This document shows positions 1 through 8,310 of a DNA stretch of 19,108 bases, piece by piece (the stretch's first letter is position 1; each line of letters starts with the position of its first letter). The stretch lies in assembly GCA_000388065.2 (NCBI GenBank), contig KB932202.1; one strand, 5' to 3'. The stretch comes from Fonticula alba ATCC 38817 (lineage: Eukaryota > Protista > Nucleariida). The notes beneath the pieces are model-generated. The model was not told where the DNA came from. It searched no databases and was given only the letters and a program-made list of their open reading frames with translations. The translations under genes were made by a program, and so were the position numbers.

Positions 1-166
1 GAGGGGGTGGGAGTGTGCCCCGCGAGCGGTCGGGCGTGCGCGATTTTTTGTCCGGCGTCGACCGATTGAAGAGCGACGCCCATGCTGGCCTCCTCTGCCC
101 CAGTTCCCTGCCTCGATACTTGAAACGTTTGATTTGCCTGATTCAGTCGTTCCAAGCAGAGTCACC

Positions 167-1677
167 ATGGTTCGCCTTCCTCCTCCTCCTCCTCCTCCCC
201 CTTCTCCCCCTTCTCTCTTGCACTCCGCCCTTCTTCCCCCTGGCCGCCCGCTTCCTCGCTGGCGGGTGTTACTCCCATCTGTTCAGCTCGCGCGCGAACA
301 CATGCGGCGATCGCTCTGCTGCTGTGTCCTGCGTCGTGTGTTTCTTCCTTCCGTCCAGGGGTCATGCGCTCGTTGTCCTCCTCGTCCGTGTGTATCTGTC
401 ATCGGTGTGGCCCTGCTTCCCCTCCCCCCTCCTGGGGAATCTCTCGCCGTCCGCCGAACATACGCGGCTCGTCTCCCCTTCTCTTTGCAGGCCCCCCCCC
501 TGTGACGGCACACGGTGTAGGAAGGGAAGACCCCTCGAGGACAAAAGGGACACACATGCACACGCGTGAGGCGGACAGGGCACCCATCCTCTCCCGCATG
601 TTCCTGCGGAGTGTGGCCATCCTCCTTTCGACCATGTCGGATGCACGCCGCATCCGACGTGCCCTCTCTATTGGTGTTCGCCATGGTGACTAACATCCGC
701 ATGTCCGTGTGTCCCCCCTTCTGACTTCTGTGTGCCCTGGACGCGCTCTGCTCTTCTCCTCTCCGGTTCCGATTTCCCTCTTTCTCTCCTCTCGCTCGCG
801 CTTTTGCCCGTGTGTGTGTGTGTGATCTGGCTGTGCGCGCGTGTGACAGTCTGACGATAACCAGCCCAAGCGCCGTACCTTCCGCAAGTTCTACTTCCGC
901 GGCCACGAGACCGATACTCTCCTGAACCTGCCCCAGGAGGAGATCACCAAGCTCCTGTCCGCCCGCGTCCGCCGCAAGTTCAGCCGCGGTATCGGCACCA
1001 AGCCCAACCTCCTCATGAAGCGCCTCACCGCCGCCAAGAAGAACGCCACCGCCGAGGAGCGCCCCGCCTACATCAAGACCCACCTGCGCAACATGATCGT
1101 CGTCCCCGAGATGATTGGCTCCAACGTCGCCATCTACAACGGCAAGACCTTCAACCAGGTTGAGATCAAGGTACGCGCCTGTCTCTCTCCTTCTCGTGTT
1201 CCATTCTCTCGATCCCCTGTTCCCCCTGCTTTCGCTGTATGATGTGTGTGAGCGTGCGTGCGCGTGTATGTGTGTGTGTCTGTGCCCAGGTCACACCCTC
1301 GAGGAGCGCACTCCTCGCCCGTGTGCACCGCGCGTTGCCCTCCTCTTCGGTCGGATGGGGATCGCACATGCGCGCACACGCACACACGCACACACCACGG
1401 CGTTGGCAGGCACGGAGGGGGGGTCATGCGAGGCCAGCCGGCCAGCGCAGCACACAGGCCACTGGCATCTTCCCCTTCATTCGCCCAGACTATCCCGCGC
1501 GCGCGCGCATGGTCACACCCTGGCTGACCCGTTCTTCTCTCTCTCTCTCTCTTCTCCCCCTAGCCCGAGATGGTTGGCCACTACCTTGGTGAGTTCTCCC
1601 TCACCTACAAGCCCGTCTTCCACGGTCGCCCCGGTGTCGGTGCCTCTGGGGCCTCCAAGTTCATCCCCCTCAAGTAA
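167..1677 (+). CDS. RPS15: 40S ribosomal protein S15 (uS19), 145 aa; join(167..169,850..1170,1564..1677). Alternative ATG-only first exon at 683..685.
   Basis: Spliced translation [19 protein letters not shown]...[33 protein letters not shown]|[37 protein letters not shown] is unmistakable eukaryotic uS19. Intron 2 (1171..1563) reads GTACGC...CTGAC(1524)...pyrimidine tract...TAG. Exon 850..1170 has no in-frame start, so an ATG-only first exon is required. caccATG|GTTCGC at 167 fits the donor pattern of all other introns here, while ATG|GTGACT at 683 does not. Gene identity is near certain; the choice of first exon is about 0.7. Confidence 0.95.
170..849 (+). other. RPS15 intron 1 (680 nt, phase 0; 164 nt if the 686 donor is used)
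   Basis: GTTCGC donor directly after an ATG; acceptor GACAG at 845-849, followed by the in-frame TCT GAC GAT. Confidence 0.7.
179..196 (+). repeat. (CCT)6 microsatellite
   Basis: Read directly; start of a pyrimidine tract inside RPS15 intron 1. Confidence 0.85.
1171..1563 (+). other. RPS15 intron 2 (393 nt, phase 0)
   Basis: GTACGC donor, CTGAC branch-like motif at 1524-1528, (CT)n tract, TAG acceptor; splicing restores VEIK|PEM. Confidence 0.95.
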
Positions 1678-2124
1678 ATTGCTTTGCTTGTGATGGGAGT
1701 TTCAGTGGGGAGGGGGACTCTCTCCTTCTCCTCGCCCCGGGCCTTCTGCGTGTGTGTGTGTGCGCGCGGGCAATCACGCCGGCTGCGCCCCCTTCCCAAT
1801 GCTCTCCTCTCCTTGTGCGCCCCTCTTCCCCCGGAGGGGCATCCGGAGGGACGGTGACACTCGGGTGAAGGGGGTGCGCTCCTCGCCGCAGTTGCTCTCC
1901 TTTCAGACATGCGAGTGAGAGGGGCCTGTGTGCTGTGCGCACCTCTGCGGCCCACTGCCCCATCCCTCTCTCTCACGCGCACGCGCGCGCGCGCCCCACT
2001 CTCCCATGTAAATTGCAGATGTAAAAGAGACCCACTTTCTCCTCTCTCCCCTGTGTGTTGGGTGCCTCTCACCTTCTTTGCCCATTTTTGCTGTCAGGTT
2101 AACGGGGGCGCGAGGGGGTGGACC

Positions 2125-2142
2125 GAGAGAGAGAGAGAGAGA
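2125..2142 (+). repeat. (GA)9 microsatellite
   Basis: Read directly. Confidence 0.9.
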
Positions 2143-2608
2143 CAGGGGACTGTGTGCCGCCTGTGTTCCTGCTTTCTTTTACCGCCACCCGCGCGCGCGC
2201 GTACACACACGTCCGTCGTCTTCCTCGCCAGGAGACAAAAGGGCCCTTTGTCTCTCTTGGCAAAGGTGGGCGCCTGCCAAATCGACAAATCTCCCTCTCT
2301 GTGTCTGCTGCGATATGTGGTGTGTTTGTGTTTGTGTGTGTGCGTGTCGAGGGGGCAGGAGAGAGGAGGCGCAGCGGCTGCGTGCCATGCACTCCGCACA
2401 AGACCCTTCCTTGCCTGCCTGTGTGTCTTGCCTCGCCTTTTTCCGGACCTCCGCGTGCGTGTGCGCGTGTGTTGCTCCTCCCGAGAAAGGCTGACGCGGA
2501 CAGGCAAGGGGGCGTGTGCTGCCGACAGAGATGCGCGCCGCGCCGATCTTACCTCGCCTGCGTGCTCTAACCAAGAAGGCATGTATTCTACTATTCCAGT
2601 CAATATGA

Positions 2609-4744
2609 TCACATGTCCACATGATTCACTTGGATACGCTGACGCTTCCGAGTTGGACTATGCCCACAATTGGCCACCGGCGGCGGCAGGGCGCTGGCCG
2701 ACGAGCGCGCCGCGGCCGGCAATTTGGTCAGGCGGACCATGAAGAGGCAAGCAGTGCGCGTACCGGCGGGCGACATGCGCAGAGCGCCGCGCAAGCGGCG
2801 ACTGTGGATCACCCCCAAAGGCAGCTGAGGCGCCTCCAGGCCAGGCGGTCCGCACACGGGAGGGCCGAGCCCCGGAGATCCGGCTGGATGGGACTGGTGT
2901 CCCGGGCACTCGGCAGAAAGGCCACACATCTGCATAGGTGCGGGGGCAGATGCGGAGTCCGGCACAGGCAGGCTTTGGGCCCCAAAGTCCAGGGTCCGCA
3001 GAGCTTCCAGCACGCCGTGGCCAGGGCCAGATGGCTGGTGATCCTCAAATTGCTTCAGCACACCGGCCCAGGGGTTGGCTGCCGCTTGGGATGTCGGCTC
3101 AGGATGGGTGCTCAGGTCAATGGTGCGCGCCGAGTCGGGATACGCCTCCAGTAGGCGCAGGACGACATCTTCATTTTGACGGGCCAACCAGGAGCAAGTA
3201 GCATAGACCAGGCACCCGCCGGGGGCCAGCAGCCGGAAGCCATTCTCCAGGAGCCGATACTGCAGGTCATTGAGTTGGCAAAGGGCATCTTCCGACAGGC
3301 GTGCCTCCAGGGAGGCGCCTCCAACAGCGTGTTGGGCGCCAGCTCCCGAGCGGAAGAGGTGTTTGACACTGCCGTCGGTGGTGCACTCGGCGTCGACGAT
3401 CACCCGGTCATAGGGGATCTGGCTGTCGTGTGCGCATGCTCGGAGATCCGGATGCGCGGTCAGATACAGGCGGCTTGGACGCCGCGGGTGGGCCGAATCG
3501 AAGGGCACCTCCTGGGCGGTTGGCCGCATCCATGTAGGCCGGGCGAGTGATGCCCGCGTGTGCATGCATATTTTTTTTAAGTATAAGAGCGTGCATGTGC
3601 GTGCATGTGCGTGCATGTGTAGGTGTGTGGGCCCGTGGCGATGGGCCGGAGGATGCGACAAACAACGCACAGGCGAGGGGGCAAATGCATCGAAGGAGAC
3701 GCCACACCGAGAGTAGGCGCGGAAGGGCGGCACATCCGGCGCTGCCGGGGGATGTAGCCCCTGGCGCTTAAGCTGCCCACATGCCGTGCGCAGCCGGGTC
3801 GGGCAGAGGTCGACAGCGGTCACCGAAGCCGCCCCCTGGCCGAGCCGACCCTCCGCGTCGCCGCCCTCCAGGCGCCCGAGCAGATCGAGAGCCGCCCGGC
3901 CAAGGGCCCGACGCCGGGTCATAGCATCCATGATGAGGCCGGTTTTGGCACCGGGGGCAGCGCAAATGTCCAGCACATGTCCATTTGCAGGGGGAGCCAG
4001 CAGGGTGTATGCCGCCAGGCCGGACGCCGCATCTATCCCGGAAACCAAGCCTGCGCGGTGGAGGGCGGTCTGTGCCAGCTGGAAGTCCGGGTCTCCGATG
4101 CGCCAAAAGTGCGGGAGATAGGACACTGGTGTGATCCCCCGGCCAGCCAGTGTGCTTAGTGCCCGGTCGAGATCCAGAGTGCAGGCATCGGGCGTATCGT
4201 CGGTTGTGGCACGCCCATAGGGCACCGGCTGGGAGGGGCAATCGAGCGCGCCGAGGACCATGGGACGGAGTCGACCACACCGGGCAGCATCAGCCTCCCC
4301 AAGGATCTCGGCCACGTCGGCCAGCACTCGCGTTTCGAGATCCGAAGCCAGGGGGTAGCATACATCCCGCCGTGGCGGGTCAGCCACACAGGAGGCACAG
4401 CTACACAGTGAAATGGGCCCCAGCAGGCTGAGGGCACTTCGAGCCTCGCATCTACCACGCAGCCCGGCCAGCTGCGCCCTGAGTGGTGCTAGTCGTGAGG
4501 CCGATTCAGAGGGCACGCATTTTTGTCCGGCGGTCACGATCAACTCCAGGGCTTCGAGATGCGCGCACTGCAAGCACGGGCGCAGGCGAATGTAGCGCGG
4601 CAGCGTGCGCACCGGGGCGCCATCGGCCTGGTGGGTGACGGCTCCGGCGAAGGCCAGGCTCGGTGGGACACCATGGCGAGTCAGGAGGTCGGCAAATGGT
4701 GACGGCAGGGGCGGGGGCGGGGGGTGTGGAGGTGGTGTGGCCAT
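2609..4744 (-). CDS. NOL1/NOP2/Sun (NSUN/RsmB-like) SAM-dependent RNA m5C methyltransferase, about 658 aa; complement(join(2609..3511,3671..4744))
   Basis: Motif I DICAAPGAKT (3941-3970), motif IV VDAEC (Cys at 3383-3385), motif VI LVYATCS (Cys at 3194-3196) followed by QNEDVV, N-terminal PRYIRL and C-terminal LRMSP...LFMVRLTK. The ORF-track start at 4756 is a GTG; the first ATG (caccATGG) is at 4744. A low-complexity in-frame segment 3512..3670 is bounded by GTGCGT...CAG and is treated as an intron. Confidence 0.9.
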   Translation of the reverse strand: MATPPPHPPPPPLPSPFADLLTRHGVPPSLAFAGAVTHQADGAPVRTLPRYIRLRPCLQCAHLEALELIVTAGQKCVPSESASRLAPLRAQLAGLRGRCEARSALSLLGPISLCSCASCVADPPRRDVCYPLASDLETRVLADVAEILGEADAARCGRLRPMVLGALDCPSQPVPYGRATTDDTPDACTLDLDRALSTLAGRGITPVSYLPHFWRIGDPDFQLAQTALHRAGLVSGIDAASGLAAYTLLAPPANGHVLDICAAPGAKTGLIMDAMTRRRALGRAALDLLGRLEGGDAEGRLGQGAASVTAVDLCPTRLRTACGQLKRQGLHPPAAPDVPPFRAYSRCGVSFDAFAPSPVRCLSHPPAHRHGPTHLHMHAHARTCTLLYLKKICMHTRASLARPTWMRPTAQEVPFDSAHPRRPSRLYLTAHPDLRACAHDSQIPYDRVIVDAECTTDGSVKHLFRSGAGAQHAVGGASLEARLSEDALCQLNDLQYRLLENGFRLLAPGGCLVYATCSWLARQNEDVVLRLLEAYPDSARTIDLSTHPEPTSQAAANPWAGVLKQFEDHQPSGPGHGVLEALRTLDFGAQSLPVPDSASAPAPMQMCGLSAECPGHQSHPAGSPGLGPPVCGPPGLEAPQLPLGVIHSRRLRGALRMSPAGTRTACLFMVRLTKLPAAARSSASALPPPVANCGHSPTRKRQRIQVNHVDM
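3512..3670 (-). other. Probable 159-nt in-frame, stop-free intron in the methyltransferase gene
   Basis: GTGCGT donor; no AG dinucleotide in the segment before the terminal CAG; contains (ATGCACGCAC)n and an A8 run typical of the non-coding DNA here. Confidence 0.8.
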
Positions 4745-7124
4745 GGTGCGGGGCACGGGCAGAGCGGAGTTGGGTTATGCGCGGGAGGAGGGATGATGGG
4801 TGGGGGGCGGGCAGGAGAGGAGCAGGGCATTGGTCGGTATTGCCAGCGCTCGGGGAACTAAATCGCCCGGGGCGGTGCCACCCGCGAGGAGTAGCCCAGG
4901 CAGCGGGATCGGCGGCGCGTGTGCGCGTGCACATGCCTGTGGGTGGGGAGCCACGAGTCAAGCGAGGGAATGCCAACGAACATATGCACTGGAAATGATC
5001 ACACGGGGATATGTATTTTCACCGGGCCCATTCGCATGGCCGATAGGGATATTCCTGGGGGGAGTTTCGGCGTGAGGGGGCCTGGCCGGCGGGTTGCCGG
5101 ATGTTGGCCGCGAGAGTCCCCCCCCTCGCCCCCGCGGGGCTCGGGGGTCCCCAACCGAGAAGAAGACCTGCTCCCCCGCAAGCGGGCCGTGGCGCGCCGG
5201 GAAGTGTGCGGCTGCTCGACTCGCAAGAGTCGGGGGGGGGGGGGGGGGGGGAGCGGGGCCACTGTACGGGCTCTCCTGCATCTGGCGAATGCTTGCTCGG
5301 GGAGTTGCTGGTAGCAGGAGCTCCTACCGTGCGGCGGGATTGCGGGCAGGGGCGGGGGAGTAGAGCGCTCCGAACGCGATAGGCATAGCCCCCTTTTTCT
5401 GTCCGCTCAGCCCGGCGGTCCACATGGGCGGAAGGACCCGGTGACCTGGCCCCGGGGACAAGGCCCCTCGGGCCTGGGAACGGAGAGGGACCTGTGCGCG
5501 GGATTCTCTCAGGTTGAGTGCAGGCTCTCTCGTTCGGTGGCGCATGGGGGGTGACGTCCGGCGGGCTGGCGGAGGCGCTGGTGGTCATCCCAAGTTTCAC
5601 ATTATGTCAGGGAAATCCCCGTCGGGCCGGTGGAGGGAGGGTACGAGCGAGCGGGTAGCTGCGAGGCGGGCGGTGGCGGCCAGAGGGGGAGGGGCGGGGA
5701 GAGGGGAGAGAGGGTATGTCCTGCCCTGGCCCCGCCCCCCAGCGCACTGACCGAATGTGGCAAGGATACGCGGCACGGGCTGGTCTTGTATGGGCACGCG
5801 GGATTCTTTGCCCAAAATGGGTGGATAGGTGTTCAGCGTTCTCGGCCGGCGGGGGAGAGATGCAGCATTTGGCCGGATGTTTCCCTTACAGGGAATTCTC
5901 GACACACAGCCCCTGGGCCGTCCCCCCCCCCCCGTGACGGGAGGTGTGTACTCCTCGCCTTGCCGCACGGTACTGTTGGCCCGACGTGTGGTGCGTGCGG
6001 CTGGTTGGCGTGCTGCCGACTGACTGTGGAACGTCGCCCGCCGGTAATGAGAGGGGGAGGGGGGGTTCGGGCCGCCCAGCACCGGCCCCCCTTCGCTGTG
6101 GAGCATCGCCGCGGCGGCCCGCATCATTGCCGGATGTGCCTGGGGCGTGGCTGTTCTGTTCTAGGTTCAGGGATGTCCCCCCCCCCCCGGGGTGGGTGGG
6201 GGGCGAGGAGCCGGAGGCCCAGTCGGGCCTGCCCTGGCCGACTACCGGCGACACCCTGGCCTCTGGGCGTCCTGCCTGGCGGTCTGCCCCCCCCCCCCCC
6301 TCCCCCCGAGAAGCAGCGGGGTGAGGATGGGGAGGGCTCAAGGGAAACGCCCAGGCGCGCAGGTGGGGTCGCCGCGAAAAAATGGGGTCCTCTGGCTGGT
6401 CGCTGGAGGCATCTCCAGATGCCAACTGGGCTCCCAGGGGCCGGAAACCACATTGGCGCGTGCCGCCCGGGGGGCCTAGGCGCCCCCTCTTGGGTACGCG
6501 CGCCCGAGTGCCTGCCGGGATGCGTTCGCGGGCCGCGTCCACCCGCCCGAGCCTGTGGTGGCTCTCGAGGAATAATGCTCTTCGGGGCAAAGGGAGCCGC
6601 GAGTGCCCGGCTATTTTCTCCCTCCCTCTCTCTCTCTCTCTCTCTCCATCTCCGGCCCGACTCAGTAGCATTAGCGGTAGCAAGAACGACGGCAGAGGCC
6701 CAGGCGAACAGCACCCGCATACGCGGCAGATCATTCCTCCAGGCCCGGGTCTGCCAATAGGGACACTTTATTGACGAGAGCCCCGCGCCCAGATGGACAG
6801 CCCACCATTTTGGGAGGAGATGCCCCCGGCCCCCGCCCCCCCCTGGCAGAGAGAGAGAGCTGGGTGGTGTTTGAGGCGCCCCGTGTTCCCTCTGCCCGAG
6901 CGTGGAGTAAAGTGCGGCTTTGAAAAGACCCCTACGTCCACCAGCTCGCACAGCATACAGCTTCCATCCCCCTTTCCCCCATCCCCCCCCCCTCCCTGTG
7001 TTGTTGCTTCGTACGACACGCTCGCCGCTGATGGCCTCGCATGGAGAATACCTTCTGCCTCTCGTTCCTTTCCTCCATTGCCGGCCACGACCTCGCCAAT
7101 CGGTGTTTTCTCCTCCTGCCTCCG

Positions 7125-7205
<81 letters not shown>

Positions 7206-7215
7206 NNNNNNNNNN

Positions 7216-7247
<32 letters not shown>
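7125..7247 (+). repeat. Poly-C tract interrupted by an assembly gap (N 7206-7215)
   Basis: Read directly; the true length is unreliable. Confidence 0.9.
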
Positions 7248-7250
<3 letters not shown>

Positions 7251-7365
7251 CCCAGCAGGCGGCATGTACTTCCCCTTCACTGTAGCTGACCTCCCTGAAA
7301 TGCTTTACGTCTCCCTCCTTATCACAGCCCTTCTAAGGCTTCCCCCTTTGGATTAGATCGTCAAC

Positions 7366-8310
7366 ATGGCCGCCCTCAAGAGCATGGGCCTCACCTACTG
7401 CCTCTGGTTCTTCTTTGGTGCGATCTCATACCGTCCCTCGCGTCTGCACACACGCACTTGCCAGCTCGTCTTCGCCCTCCTCCCCCTCCCCCTCCCTCTG
7501 CCTCCCCTGCTCTTGGTACCTCTCCACTCACACATCCTCTTCTTCCGGATACCTCTCTCTCTCTCTTGCCAATGGCTCAGGCTTCCTCGGTGTCCACCGT
7601 TTCTATCTTGGCCGCGTGTGCTCTGGTGTCATCTGGCTCCTGACTTTCGGTCTGCTCGGCATCGGCTGGCTGATTGACCTTTGCCTCATCCCCTCGTACG
7701 CCATACTCTCACCTCCCCCTGTCCCTGGATGGTCCACCCTGCAATCAGGGCCCTCAAAAAGCTGACCATGGCCTTCCCTCCTCCCCCCCCTTACACCTTG
7801 CGTGCGTGAATGCGCACCGCCTGCAGCATGGTTGACAGCGTACGTTTACCCTCTTCCGCCTTCCTTTTTCTGCCTCCTTTCCGCGCCCATCTTTGCCCCC
7901 TCCGCCTCGTGTCGAGTGGACCGGCGAACGTTGCTCAGTACTGACTCCCGAACCCTCCCCTCCCCCGTCTCCCCCTCCGGCGTACACTACTTTGCGCGTC
8001 ACACCCACCCACTCACCTGCAGGCCAACGCCGACATCATTCACATGTACCCTCACCTGCGTGGTGAGCCCGTGGCCGCTGTGCATGTCCACCACACGTCT
8101 TCGCCCCCGAGTGCGTCTTACCAGTCCACCGTGCATGTCCACCATTCGGCCCCCCCGGCCGCCCACCATGGTGCCCCTCAGCCTGGTTTTGTGGCTCAGG
8201 CTCCCTACCCGCCGCAGCAGCCCTACCCGCCGCAGCAGCCCTACCCGCCCCCCGGCGACAACACCCCCTACCCCCCTCCCCCGCCCTACACCCCCCATGC
8301 CAAGTACTAA
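7366..8310 (+). CDS. TM2-domain membrane protein with Pro/Tyr/Gln-rich C-terminal tail, 155 aa; join(7366..7417,7581..7695,7827..7839,8023..8310)
   Basis: Spliced product [18 protein letters not shown]|[38 protein letters not shown]|MVDS|ANADII... has the TM2 signature (LWFFxGxLGxHRFYLG...GxxWLLTxGxxGIGWLID). Donors are GTGCGA, GTACGC and GTACGT; all acceptors are CAG. Exon lengths 52+115+13+288=468 nt give an intact frame. Confidence 0.88.
8203..8250 (+). repeat. Coding 18-bp tandem repeat, about 2.7 copies (PYPPQQ)
   Basis: CCCTACCCGCCGCAGCAG at 8203-8220 and 8221-8238, partial copy at 8239-8250. Confidence 0.9.

Noticed and set aside
283-1083. 266-aa minus-strand ORF
   Set aside because: Antisense shadow of RPS15 exon 2 running into intron repeats.
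1239-1527. C-box-like ATGATGT and D-box-like CTGA in RPS15 intron 2
   Set aside because: About 290 nt apart, no terminal stem, and the CTGA is the probable branch site.
2621-3550. Plus-strand ORFs overlapping the methyltransferase
   Set aside because: Antisense shadows in GC-rich coding DNA, with no motifs.
2605-5003. ATGATCACA on both sides of the methyltransferase gene (2605-2613, 4995-5003) as a possible target-site duplication
   Set aside because: One copy overlaps the stop codon, the gene has an intron and there is no poly-A remnant; a chance 9-mer match is likely.
5630-6951. Long ORFs of 376, 282 and 275 aa in the divergent intergenic region
   Set aside because: Gly/Pro/Arg-rich, cross homopolymer and dinucleotide repeats, open on both strands, no domain recognised.
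6768-7356. Poly-Pro and poly-Gly ORFs (formin/WASP-like appearance)
   Set aside because: Translations of the poly-C tract and gap.
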